Of a stretch of 64,000 bases of DNA, positions 54,266 through 63,779 are shown in pieces (position 1 is the stretch's first letter; the number at the start of each line of letters is the position of its first letter). A model generated the notes under the pieces. The model did no database searches, was not told the origin of the DNA, and saw only the letters and a list, made by a program, of their open reading frames with translations. This stretch comes from Flavobacterium sp. (GTDB taxonomy: Bacteria; Bacteroidota; Bacteroidia; Chitinophagales; Chitinophagaceae), in NCBI GenBank assembly GCA_030053925.1, contig JASGCX010000003.1, positions 5,133 to 69,132 of the forward strand. The letters are read 5' to 3'. Both the position numbers and the translations under genes were made by a program.

Positions 54266-55786
54266 TTAATCAACAAGAATATTTCCAGTCATTTCTTTAG
54301 GTATAGGCAAGCCCATTATAGTTAATATACTTGGGGCAATATCGCCTAGCTTACCAGATTTTACGCTGCCTTTGTAAGTATTAGACAATACAAACAATGG
54401 CACCAAGTTTACACTGTGCTGCGTATTTGGCGAGCCATCTTCGTTTATCATATTATCGGCATTACCATGGTCGGCAGTTAAAAATACAGTATAGCCATGC
54501 GCAAGGGCAGCAGTTGCTACTTTCGCTACACAAGCATCTACGGCTTCTACAGCTTTTATTACGGCACTAAATACGCCTGTATGGCCTACCATATCTGCAT
54601 TTGCAAAGTTTAGGCAAATAAAATCGGCATATTCTTTTTCTATTTCTGGTACTAATTTATCAGCTAGTTCGTAAGCACTCATTTCTGGTTGCATGTCGTA
54701 AGTAGCTACTTTAGGGCTTTGTGCCATTATGCGTGTTTCGCCTTCAAATACGGCTTCTCTGCCACCACTAAAAAAGAAGGTAACGTGTGGGTATTTTTCT
54801 GTTTCTGCTATGCGTATTTGTTGCTTTCCATTGGCAGCCAATACTTCACCAAGTGTATTGTTAAGGTTATCGTTTTCAAATATTACGTTAACGTTTTCAA
54901 AAGTCTTGTCGTAGTCAGTCATGGTGGTATAGTGCAAGTTTAACTTAGCCATACCAAACTCGGCAAAGTCTTTCTGCGATAGCACTTCGGTAATTTCTCT
55001 GCAACGGTCTGTTCTAAAGTTAAAGCATATTACAGCGTCATCAGCCTTAATTTTTGCCTTATCTGCGTTTACTTTACTGTTAATAATTGGCTTTATAAAT
55101 TCGTCTGTAACACCTACTGCATAAGCGTTTTCAATAGATGCAAGTATATCATCGCTTGCTTGGCCAATGCCATTTACCAAGGCATCGTAAGCCAGCTTTA
55201 CTCTTTCCCAGCGTTTATCTCTATCCATGGCATAATATCTACCAGTTACAGTAGCTATTTCGCCCACAGTATTTTTTAAATGTTCTTGCAAATTACTTAC
55301 AAAGCCCAAACCACTTTTGGGGTCACAATCACGGCCATCGGTAAAAGCATGAATATACACTTGTGTTAAGCCTTGTTCTTTACAAGTGTTTACAATTGCT
55401 TTTACATGCGATGTGTGTGAGTGTACACCACCATCGCTTACCAAACCTAATAAATGCAAGGGTTTGCCATTTTGTTTTGCATACTTAATAGCTGCAAGCA
55501 AAGTTGGGTTGGTGTGAAACGTTTTATTGCGAATTGCCACATTTATGCGTTGTAATTCTTGATACACTATTCTACCAGCACCAAGGTTTAAGTGCCCTAC
55601 CTCGCTATTGCCCATTTGGCCTTGGGGCAAGCCCACTTCTTCGCCACAAGTAACCAATGTACTGTGCGGATACTTTGAATATAAAGAACTAACAAACGGC
55701 GTTTTTGCGTTTTGAATGGCATCTGCGGTTTTTGACTTTCCTAAGCCCCAACCGTCCATAATAATTAAAATTGCTTTCTTACTCAT
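54266..55786 (-). CDS. gpmI: 2,3-bisphosphoglycerate-independent phosphoglycerate mutase
   Basis: MSKKAILIIMDGWG..., GQMGNSEVGHLNLGAGR, and TADHGNAD near the C-terminus. An alternative start two codons upstream (55792) is possible. Confidence 0.9.
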   Translation of the reverse strand: MSKKAILIIMDGWGLGKSKTADAIQNAKTPFVSSLYSKYPHSTLVTCGEEVGLPQGQMGNSEVGHLNLGAGRIVYQELQRINVAIRNKTFHTNPTLLAAIKYAKQNGKPLHLLGLVSDGGVHSHTSHVKAIVNTCKEQGLTQVYIHAFTDGRDCDPKSGLGFVSNLQEHLKNTVGEIATVTGRYYAMDRDKRWERVKLAYDALVNGIGQASDDILASIENAYAVGVTDEFIKPIINSKVNADKAKIKADDAVICFNFRTDRCREITEVLSQKDFAEFGMAKLNLHYTTMTDYDKTFENVNVIFENDNLNNTLGEVLAANGKQQIRIAETEKYPHVTFFFSGGREAVFEGETRIMAQSPKVATYDMQPEMSAYELADKLVPEIEKEYADFICLNFANADMVGHTGVFSAVIKAVEAVDACVAKVATAALAHGYTVFLTADHGNADNMINEDGSPNTQHSVNLVPLFVLSNTYKGSVKSGKLGDIAPSILTIMGLPIPKEMTGNILVD

Positions 55787-55887
55787 GGGCATAAAACTAA
55801 GACATTTGATTATTCAATTTCATTCGCTATTTTTAAAGCGTTAGTTTGGCATGTTTTTAGCCTTTAAACCTACCATAAATCATTAAA

Positions 55888-56268
55888 ATGAAAAAGATTT
55901 TAGCCCTAATGAGCTTGTGTTTTGTGCTGTTTTCGTTTAAAACAGCCGATAATGTACCAGCCATTATTAACGCCTTAAAAACGGGTAATGCCGAAGAAGT
56001 AAGCAAATACTTTGACAACTTTATAGACTTAAAATTACCTGAGAAAGATGAAATAAAAAATGTGGGTAAAACCCAAGCTGGGCTTACATTTCAGAGTTTT
56101 TTTAAAGATAACGGTATTAAAGGATTTGAGCTTACTAGCCAGCGAGAAATGGGCGCAACAATGTACCTAGCTGGTAAATTGCAAAACGCAGGCAAGGGCT
56201 ACAACATTACCATTTTATTAAAAAACAAAGATGGCGATAGACAAATTATTACAGTGCGCATTAACTAG
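55888..56268 (+). CDS. DUF4783 domain-containing protein
   Basis: 126 aa, with a signal peptide; ALKTGNAEEVSKYFDNFIDLKLP...QAGLTFQSFF. Confidence 0.7.
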   Translation: MKKILALMSLCFVLFSFKTADNVPAIINALKTGNAEEVSKYFDNFIDLKLPEKDEIKNVGKTQAGLTFQSFFKDNGIKGFELTSQREMGATMYLAGKLQNAGKGYNITILLKNKDGDRQIITVRIN

Positions 56269-56288
56269 TTTTTAGCAGCATATACACC

Positions 56289-56319
56289 CAAAAAAGGCGA
56301 TGAATTTCATCGCCTTTTT
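56289..56319. terminator. bidirectional rho-independent terminator
   Basis: AAAAAAGGCGATGAATTTCATCGCCTTTTTT lies between the convergent DUF4783 and dnaB genes. Confidence 0.85.
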
Positions 56320-56440
56320 TGGTGCAGTAAGTATTTGTAAAACCAACTGTTGCACTAGTGTTTAGCTACTGTTGCCTTGCACTACCATATAGCTATTGGT
56401 ATGTAGGCTTTGTTTGCTGTGCAGCTTTTTTTAAGCGGTT

Positions 56441-58033
56441 TTAAAACGGCGCATCGCCATCAATACCATCATCAAAGTTGCCAGTATTCATTTTACTGCT
56501 TTGCACAAAAAAGCGACCGCCGCCGCCATTATCTGGGGTGTTGCCATTAGCAGACGAGCTTGGTGTAGGTGTAATTTGTTTCCAGTTACCAGCGCTACCA
56601 GTCATCATACCGCTTTTTTTATCGGTAATGTCTTCAAAGCGTTGAATATGCAGGTGGGCTTGCAAAATCACATTGTCTAACGAGCCATTACGGTGCTTTG
56701 CAATGCGAATATGTGTTTCACCCTTGGTGCTTTCGCCATCTGCATTATTATGAATATCGTGGTATTCGGGGCGATAAATAAACATCACCATGTCGGCATC
56801 TTGTTCTATGGCACCAGATTCTCTCAAATCGCTCAACTGTGGTATTTTACTTTCCTTACGTGTTTCTACCGCACGGCTTAACTGGCTTAGTGCAATAATT
56901 GGAATGTTTAACTCCTTTGCTAGTGCTTTTAAGTTTCTGGATATATTGCTAATCTCTTGCTCACGGTTGCCATTTTTATTATCGGTACTACCACTCATTA
57001 ATTGCAAGTAGTCAATAATAATAATGCCTACCTTATGTTTATTTACTAAACGCCTTGCCTTTGCTCTAAACTCAAAAATGTTTAACGCAGCGGTATCGTC
57101 AATATAAATAGGTGCCGATTCTAAGCGTTTAATACCTTTTGTATGTAACTGTTGGTACTCGTGATCTTCCATTTTACCACGAGTAATTTTCTCTAATGGT
57201 ATTTCACTTTCGGCACTTAAAATACGCTGCACCAACTGTGCAGCACTCATTTCTAAACTAAAAAAACCAACTGCTGTAGGCTTAACGCTATTAAGGGCGG
57301 CATTACGTGTAAGGTTAAGGGCAAAAGCGGTTTTACCCACAGAAGGACGTGCTGCAAGAATAATTAAATCTGTAGATTGCCAGCCATAAGTAATACGGTC
57401 TAAACTAGGAAAACCACTTGGCACACCAGATAGTTGTTCTGTTTTGGTACGCATTTCGTCGATGCGAGTTACGGCTTGTGCCAAAGCCGTACTCATCTCT
57501 TTATAATCGGCTTTTAAAAAGTGCTTGGTTACGTTAAATATTTTTTCTTCACTTTCATTAAGTAGGTCAAATACATCGGTACTATCTTCATAGGCATCGC
57601 CAATAATTTCGCCACTAATACGTATCAGTTCGCGTTGAATAAACTTTTGCAGTACAATTCTTGCGTGTGTATCTATATTGGCAGTACTTACAACGGTATT
57701 GGTAAGTTTGGTTACAAAATAAGGACCACCAACTGCTTCTAATAATTCTTTAAAACGTAGTTCTTCTACTACTGTTAAAATATCAATGGGCTGACTTTTT
57801 TGCTGCAAACTCATCATGCAACGAAAAATATGTTCGTGTGCTTCTACATAAAAACATTCTGGTTTTAAAATCTCACTTACGGTATCAAAAGCACTTTTCT
57901 CAAGCATAATAGCGCCTAACACTGCTTCTTCTAAGTCACGTGCTTGAGGTGGCACTTTACCAAAGGCCATTGTACCCAAATCAACGGTGGTTTTTCGGCG
58001 TTTACGGTCTTTATTGAGTAAGGTTAAATCCAT
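56441..58033 (-). CDS. dnaB: replicative DNA helicase DnaB with a ~60-aa C-terminal extension
   Basis: 530 aa; Walker A ARPSVGKTAF, IIIDYLQLM, ALSQLSR, ESGAIEQDADMV. The tail ends GNFDDGIDGDAPF. Confidence 0.9.
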   Translation of the reverse strand: MDLTLLNKDRKRRKTTVDLGTMAFGKVPPQARDLEEAVLGAIMLEKSAFDTVSEILKPECFYVEAHEHIFRCMMSLQQKSQPIDILTVVEELRFKELLEAVGGPYFVTKLTNTVVSTANIDTHARIVLQKFIQRELIRISGEIIGDAYEDSTDVFDLLNESEEKIFNVTKHFLKADYKEMSTALAQAVTRIDEMRTKTEQLSGVPSGFPSLDRITYGWQSTDLIILAARPSVGKTAFALNLTRNAALNSVKPTAVGFFSLEMSAAQLVQRILSAESEIPLEKITRGKMEDHEYQQLHTKGIKRLESAPIYIDDTAALNIFEFRAKARRLVNKHKVGIIIIDYLQLMSGSTDNKNGNREQEISNISRNLKALAKELNIPIIALSQLSRAVETRKESKIPQLSDLRESGAIEQDADMVMFIYRPEYHDIHNNADGESTKGETHIRIAKHRNGSLDNVILQAHLHIQRFEDITDKKSGMMTGSAGNWKQITPTPSSSANGNTPDNGGGGRFFVQSSKMNTGNFDDGIDGDAPF

Positions 58034-58180
58034 TATTTTGTTACAAATTTTTAGTTGTTAATTGTTGCTGCTTCAACCATAACCATGTTGCCAAATTGTT
58101 ATGGGGAGAGCGAATATGACTTAGAAAATTTAGAATAAAAACATTTTAGCCGTTAATATTAATGCACATTGGTTTAACAG

Positions 58181-58272
58181 GCTATCCACAAGTTAGCTAT
58201 GTTAATTCACATAATACAATTGGTTATTCACCAAAAACAAAAGTTTTACGCTTTTTACACATGCTAATACAC
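58181..58272. promoter_or_regulatory. cluster of five co-oriented DnaA-box-like 9-mers upstream of dnaB
   Basis: CTATCCACA (58181, 8/9 to TTATCCACA), TAATTCACA (58202, 7/9), TTATTCACC (58223, 7/9), TTTTACACA (58252, 7/9), TAATACACA (58264, 7/9). The first three are spaced exactly 21 bp apart. Confidence 0.35.
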
Positions 58273-58439
58273 AATTGACTGTGCAGAAGAATTTTGAAAA
58301 AAAGTTGCGTGGTAATGTAATTATCGGTAGTATTTAATTGCAAGAAAAAAGTGGTAGTTTCAATAAAAAGCCGCCTTTTTGTGCAGGGCATACGCATTAA
58401 AATTTGCGATTTTTATACTAATAAGGCATTTAATTACAT

Positions 58440-58680
58440 TTAGGAGATAAAACTAACTTTAGGATAAACAGTTTTATTGAGCATTTCTCTGCAATAGAAG
58501 CCCCAAGAATAAACCGTAGGAAGCAACATGCCCTGATAGACATCCTCGGGGCCTTAGCCTATTCGCTGTATTAAGCGGTTGCAATGATTGGGATGAGCTA
58601 GAAGCATATTGCATTGAAAAAGAAGACTGGCTAAAAAAGTACATTTTTCTAACGGTTGGTGGCATCATCTACCGATAGAA
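58440..58680 (+). pseudogene. N-terminal relic of an ISAs1-family (H-repeat) transposase
   Basis: Own translation gives FIEHFSAIEAPRINRRKQHALIDILG. After a frameshift it continues LFAVLSGCNDWDELEAYCIEKEDWLKKYIFLTVGGIIYR*. This matches the DDE_Tnp_1-associated N-terminal domain pattern (HF..I.DPR......H.L.DIL...AVLSG...W..IE.....K..WL). The DDE domain is absent. Confidence 0.65.
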
Positions 58681-58832
58681 AAATATAAAAAACAATCACT
58701 TACATACATATTGTTGCAGCTTATTTAACAATCAAGCAGCAAGTAAGGTATTATTTCCCTTACTGTTCGCTCACACCTAAAAAAAGTGCGCCATTTTACT
58801 GCGCACTTTTACAAGAAGGCTTGCTTAATATT

Positions 58833-59606
58833 TTAGGCTGCCAAAGGCACTGTATCGGTAATTGTAGGTGGCTGATGGTTGATTATTTTGATAATACCAA
58901 CAGCATTAAAACCACGCATTACTTGGTAGGTTAAATCAAACTCGAACCAGCGTTTAGCAAAGTTGGCATCGGCTTTATCAAAATGATGGTTGTTTTGAAA
59001 TAACTCGCCCATGAGTAAAACACCCCATGGCGAGGTATTTTTAGAATGATCACCATTGTTGTAGTTACTATAGCCATACTTGTGGCCACACCAATTTACA
59101 ATAGCACCTTGAATTGGGCCCATTAAAAAGTGGATTGGCAGTAACAAAAACCACCAATAATTAGGCGCAAAAGCAATATACACACTAGTATAAGCTACCA
59201 TAAATAAAAAGCGGGTAATGGTATTGTGCCCAAGTTTATCTAATTTATGCCACACCGGTAAATAATCAGTTGTAAATGCTGCATCGGGCAAGTTTTTACC
59301 AGTTAAAAAACTACGAAAAATAAGAATGGTACTACGCATCATTTGGTACACATCTTTAAAAAAAAGTGGGCTGTGCGGATCTTTTTCAGTATCGCTATAA
59401 GTATGGTGCATACGGTGCATTACACCATAAGCCCTTGGTACTAAAAACGATGACCCTTGTACCAACCAGGTACTTACATAAAATATTCGCTCCCAGTTTT
59501 TACTAATCTCATACATTTTATGAGACGCAAAACGGTGTAAAAAGAACGAGTGAAAAAACAATGACAAAAACCAATGCGTAAAAAAGAACAACAAAATGAC
59601 AAGCAT
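58833..59606 (-). CDS. membrane fatty-acid (acyl-lipid/acyl-CoA) desaturase
   Basis: 257 aa; histidine boxes HRFASH, HRMHH and NNHHF. Confidence 0.8.
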   Translation of the reverse strand: MLVILLFFFTHWFLSLFFHSFFLHRFASHKMYEISKNWERIFYVSTWLVQGSSFLVPRAYGVMHRMHHTYSDTEKDPHSPLFFKDVYQMMRSTILIFRSFLTGKNLPDAAFTTDYLPVWHKLDKLGHNTITRFLFMVAYTSVYIAFAPNYWWFLLLPIHFLMGPIQGAIVNWCGHKYGYSNYNNGDHSKNTSPWGVLLMGELFQNNHHFDKADANFAKRWFEFDLTYQVMRGFNAVGIIKIINHQPPTITDTVPLAA

Positions 59607-59910
59607 AAAAAGGGGTTAAAATGTTGAAAACAAGAAAGATATATGTTTCTGCGGAATAAGAATTTTATGATGGTATTTTTTTTGCCCTTGTTTAAATATG
59701 TGTGAATAGAAATGCCACTTTTATTGAAGTGTATAATAAATAAACTAGAAAGGTGTAAGATAAACTTATGTAAACATTACCAATGTTAAATGTATAAAGC
59801 CAACAGGTAGTAACCAACTATACTTTGCTACTTTGTGTTTACCTCTTTTTATTTTAAACCAATATTGGCTAACTTAGTCTCAACTTTTTTAACCACTTAA
59901 AAATTACAGA

Positions 59911-60180
59911 ATGAAAAAAATGTTTTTTCTATTGATGATTGTGGGGCTTGCTGTAGCACCAACATTATTACATGCACAAGACAGTACCCAAACCAAGAAA
60001 AAAATGGAAAGGCGCAAAGCATTGAGAGATAAATGGCAAAATGCTACCCCAGAAGAAAAAGAAAAAATAAAAGAAAGAGCTAAAGAAATGAAAGCTAAAT
60101 ACGATAGCCTACCACCAGAAAAAAAAGCAGAAATAAAAGAAAAAAGGCAAGCTAGAAAAGAAGCACAGAAGAAACCATAA
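59911..60180 (+). CDS. small secreted Lys/Glu-rich protein
   Basis: 89 aa; signal peptide MKKMFFLLMIVGLAVAPTLLHAQ, then a charged helical region with a repeated PEEKEKIKE/PEKKAEIKE pattern. Preferred over the fully overlapping antisense ORF 59904-60212. Confidence 0.6.
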   Translation: MKKMFFLLMIVGLAVAPTLLHAQDSTQTKKKMERRKALRDKWQNATPEEKEKIKERAKEMKAKYDSLPPEKKAEIKEKRQARKEAQKKP

Positions 60181-60200
60181 ACTACCTTACGCAAAAATGT

Positions 60201-60233
60201 AAAACGCCACACCCAAATAGTGTGGCGTTTTTG
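60201..60233. terminator. bidirectional rho-independent terminator
   Basis: AAAACGCCACAcccaaatagTGTGGCGTTTTT lies between the convergent small gene and pheS. Confidence 0.85.
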
Positions 60234-60253
60234 TGTATTAATAGGTACAGCAT

Positions 60254-61285
60254 TTAAACTGCACCAGTAAACTGTTTTAAAAAACGTACATCGTTTTGAC
60301 TGTAAAGGCGCAAATCATTTACCTGATATTTTAACTGACAAATACGCTCTACACCCATACCAAATGCAAAGCCCGTGTATTTATTACTATCAATACCAAA
60401 ATTCTCAAGCACTTTTGGATGCACCATACCGCTACCTAAAATTTCTACCCAGCCAGTATGCTTACACACATTGCAGCCTTTGCTATCGCAAATAAGACAG
60501 CTAATATCCATTTCGGCACTTGGCTCGGTAAATGGGAAATAGCTAGGCCTAAAACGCACTTTTACATCTTTACCAAACATTTCTTGCACAAAGAAGTATA
60601 ATGTTTGCTTTAAATCGGCAAAGCTTACATTTTCATCAATGTACAAACCTTCTACTTGATGAAAAAAGCAATGCGCTCTTGCACTGATGGTTTCGTTACG
60701 ATAAACACGGCCCGGGCAAATAACTCTGATTGGTGGTTTTTGATGTTCCATTACCCTTGCTTGTACACTGCTTGTGTGTGTGCGTAACAACCATGCAGGG
60801 TTTTGGCTAATGTAAAACGTGTCTTGCATATCACGTGCAGGATGATCTTCTGGCAAGTTCATTGCACCAAAGTTGTGCCAATCGTCTTCAATTTCAGGGC
60901 CTTCCGAAACTGCAAAACCTAAACGCTTAAATATGCTTACAATTTGATTACGCACAATGCTTAATGGATGGCGTGTACCTACACCAACAGGGCTACCAGG
61001 CAGCGAAAGGTCAATTGCATTGGCTGTTGTCTGTTGACTATTGTTTGTTGACTGTTTTAGTGTTTCAAATTTATTTTCGGTAAATAATTTAAACTCGTTT
61101 AGTATTTGGCCAAAAGCTTTTTTCTGATCGTTTGGTACGTTTTTCATTTCGCCCATTACGCTTTTTATTAAGCCCTTTGTACCAAGATATTTAATACGAA
61201 ATGCCTCTACCATTTCTTCATTGGTAGCTTCTGTGGCAGCAATTTCTTGCTTATACAATTCTATTTGCTGTAACAACTGATCCAT
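60254..61285 (-). CDS. pheS: phenylalanine--tRNA ligase alpha subunit
   Basis: 343 aa; HPARDMQDTFY, PGRVYRNE, FHQVEGL, GFAFGMGVERI. Confidence 0.9.
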   Translation of the reverse strand: MDQLLQQIELYKQEIAATEATNEEMVEAFRIKYLGTKGLIKSVMGEMKNVPNDQKKAFGQILNEFKLFTENKFETLKQSTNNSQQTTANAIDLSLPGSPVGVGTRHPLSIVRNQIVSIFKRLGFAVSEGPEIEDDWHNFGAMNLPEDHPARDMQDTFYISQNPAWLLRTHTSSVQARVMEHQKPPIRVICPGRVYRNETISARAHCFFHQVEGLYIDENVSFADLKQTLYFFVQEMFGKDVKVRFRPSYFPFTEPSAEMDISCLICDSKGCNVCKHTGWVEILGSGMVHPKVLENFGIDSNKYTGFAFGMGVERICQLKYQVNDLRLYSQNDVRFLKQFTGAV

Positions 61286-61365
61286 GCGGCGAAGTTAATA
61301 GTGAAAAACTAATTGCAAGCCATAAGCCCGCAAAGCATTGTTTGGTTTACTATTTACGCTAATGA

Positions 61366-61857
61366 TTATTGAAAATTTACCAATGTTACATCGAAGTAAA
61401 TTGGTGTATTTGAAGGAATAGTTGTGCCTGCACCCTGGCAGCCATAAGCCAAAGCAGAAGGAATTAACAATTTAATTCTACCACCTACTTTAATTTTTGG
61501 CACACCAATTTGCCAACCAGCAATTAATTGATACAAATAAAAACTTGCCGTTTTACCAGCAGCAGTAGAATCGAACACAGTACCATTTAACAAAGTGCCT
61601 TTGTAGGTAACTTCTACCAATGAATTACCATTTGGCAACGTAGTTCCAGTACCGGCTGCTATAATTTGGTAATACACGCCAGAAGCATCTTTTGTGGTAG
61701 TAATACTATTAGCTGTTGCAAAATTGATTAATGCAATAGAGTCGCTAGCCACAGGGGTGTTAGTACAAATAGTGTTAGTTGTTTCTGCACCTTTGCCACA
61801 ACTAACTACGTAAACAGAAGCTGCTACCATAGCAGCAATAAATACAATTTTCTTCAT
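61366..61857 (-). CDS. FKBP-type peptidyl-prolyl isomerase, lipoprotein
   Basis: 163 aa; lipobox VVSC; VTYKGTLLNGTVFDS...LIAGWQIGVPKIKVGGRIKLLIPSALAYG. Confidence 0.85.
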   Translation of the reverse strand: MKKIVFIAAMVAASVYVVSCGKGAETTNTICTNTPVASDSIALINFATANSITTTKDASGVYYQIIAAGTGTTLPNGNSLVEVTYKGTLLNGTVFDSTAAGKTASFYLYQLIAGWQIGVPKIKVGGRIKLLIPSALAYGCQGAGTTIPSNTPIYFDVTLVNFQ

Positions 61858-61882
61858 GATATTTTTGGTTGTTTTATAAAAT

Positions 61883-63730
61883 TTAATAGCCTCTTACATT
61901 TTTTCCTTCCATGTAATTTAAAAAGGCTTTGTTACAAACCTTATTACCACCTGGTGTTGGATAATTACCCGTAAAATACCAGTCGCCTGTATTTGTAGGG
62001 CAGCTATCATGCAAGTCTTCTATGGTTTGATAGATGACCTGTGTAGGAAAACTAATGTCTTCGGGTGTAATTAGTTGTGCAATTTTAACTGAAATTTCTT
62101 CTGTTGTAAACGGCTTATAAATTTGGCGCACCACATTTTGTGTATGCAACTGATTAGTGCTTTGCAATTGTATAATTTGCGCTTGAGCCTCGGTTAAAAT
62201 ATGTTCTAAGCCACGTTCTATAAGCAATTGAATAGCGGCACGAAAGGCAATAAAATCGCCCAGTTTACTCATATCTATACCGTAGCAATCTGGGTAGCGA
62301 ATTTGTGGTGCCGAAGAAACAACAATAATTTTTTTGGGCTTTAAACGGGCCAACATACGCACAATACTTTCCTTTAAAGTAGTACCACGCACAATGCTAT
62401 CGTCAATTACTATTAGTGTATCTTGATGGTTGCGAACGGTACCATACGTAACATCGTACACGTGCTGTACCATTTCGTTTCTGCTATCATCGTTGGTAAT
62501 AAAGGTGCGCAGTTTTACATCTTTAATAGCTATTTTTTCTTGGCGAATTTTACGAGTAATCATTTCAGTGAGTTTCTCTTCGCTAAAATTATTACCCCAG
62601 CTTAAAATGCGCTCTACTTTAATTTTGTTTAAATAATCTTCCATGCCTTTAACCAAACCATAAAAAGCTACTTCAGCCGTATTTGGTATGTAAGAGAAAA
62701 TGGCATTTTTTAAATCGTAATTAATATCTTCTAAAACACGCTTGCTTAGGTGATAGCCAAGTGCAATACGCTCTCTATAAATTTTTTCATCGCTACCACG
62801 GCTAAAATAAATGCGTTCAAAACTACAAGCTCTACGCTCTTTAGGTTCTACAATTTGCTGTATAAAATAATTGCCCTTATCATCTACAATTAAGGCCATA
62901 CCTGGCATTAATTCTAGCACTTCGTTTTCGCCCACATTAAATGTTGTACGTATTGAGGCTCGTTCGCTTGCAGCTACAATTACCTCGTTGTTTATGTAAT
63001 AGTATGCCGGACGAATACCATGTGCATCACGCATTACAAAGCTGTAACCATTTCCTATTAAGCCGCCAATGGTGTAGCCACCATCAAATAATGGAATGGC
63101 TTTTTGTAACACGTTTACCAAGTTGGCACTATTAGGGCTTTCGGCATCTTCTTTTACCAAAAAATGATGAATAACTTCTAGCATAGCGGCTAGGTCGCTT
63201 TGCTTTTGAAAAACACCTGGTTCTATATTTAATAAATTGTAAAGCTCTTCGGTATTTACCAAATTAAAATTACCTGCTAATGCTAAATTTCTACCGGGCT
63301 GTGTATTGCGTTTTATAAATGGATGGCAAAATTCAACATTGTTTTTGCCCTGTGTACCATAGCGCAAATGGCCTAACAATAATTCACCCAAATAAGGTAC
63401 ATGGCCTTTCATTAAACCGGGGTACTTGGTAATATCGGGCAGATATTTGGCTAATTCTTGTACTTCTGCACCTACTTTGGCAAAAATATCGGCTATGGGT
63501 TGGGGTGCATTACTGCGTAATCGAGAAAGGAATGAATAACCGGGCTCTACATGTAATTTTACCGAAGCAATGCCAGCCCCATCTTGCCCACGGTTGTGTT
63601 GCTTTTCCATTAACAGGTACAGCTTGTTTAAGCCATACATTACAGTGCCATGTTTTTGTAAATAATAAGAGAAGGGCTTTCTTAATCGAATATAGGCTAG
63701 GCCACACTCGTGTTTAATTTCGTCGCTCAT
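61883..63730 (-). CDS. purF: amidophosphoribosyltransferase (long Bacteroidota-type PurF)
   Basis: 615 aa; N-terminal nucleophile context HECGLAYIR, GQDGAGIA, and PRTase motif LIVIDDSIVRGTT. Confidence 0.85.
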   Translation of the reverse strand: MSDEIKHECGLAYIRLRKPFSYYLQKHGTVMYGLNKLYLLMEKQHNRGQDGAGIASVKLHVEPGYSFLSRLRSNAPQPIADIFAKVGAEVQELAKYLPDITKYPGLMKGHVPYLGELLLGHLRYGTQGKNNVEFCHPFIKRNTQPGRNLALAGNFNLVNTEELYNLLNIEPGVFQKQSDLAAMLEVIHHFLVKEDAESPNSANLVNVLQKAIPLFDGGYTIGGLIGNGYSFVMRDAHGIRPAYYYINNEVIVAASERASIRTTFNVGENEVLELMPGMALIVDDKGNYFIQQIVEPKERRACSFERIYFSRGSDEKIYRERIALGYHLSKRVLEDINYDLKNAIFSYIPNTAEVAFYGLVKGMEDYLNKIKVERILSWGNNFSEEKLTEMITRKIRQEKIAIKDVKLRTFITNDDSRNEMVQHVYDVTYGTVRNHQDTLIVIDDSIVRGTTLKESIVRMLARLKPKKIIVVSSAPQIRYPDCYGIDMSKLGDFIAFRAAIQLLIERGLEHILTEAQAQIIQLQSTNQLHTQNVVRQIYKPFTTEEISVKIAQLITPEDISFPTQVIYQTIEDLHDSCPTNTGDWYFTGNYPTPGGNKVCNKAFLNYMEGKNVRGY

Positions 63731-63738
63731 AATAAATA

Positions 63739-63764
63739 AAGGGCGAAGTTACAGGCTCGCCCTT
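63739..63764 (-). terminator. stem-loop terminator of the upstream gene
   Basis: AAGGGCGA (63739-63746) pairs with TCGCCCTT (63757-63764). TATTTATT follows on the minus strand. Confidence 0.6.
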
Positions 63765-63779
63765 GTTTAAAAATGTTAT

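Noticed and set aside
59904-60212. 102-aa minus-strand ORF fully overlapping the 89-aa plus-strand ORF.
   Set aside because: The plus-strand product has a clean signal peptide and a coherent charged helical region. The minus-strand product (F/L/S-rich) is what the antisense of K/E codons gives. This remains a judgement call.
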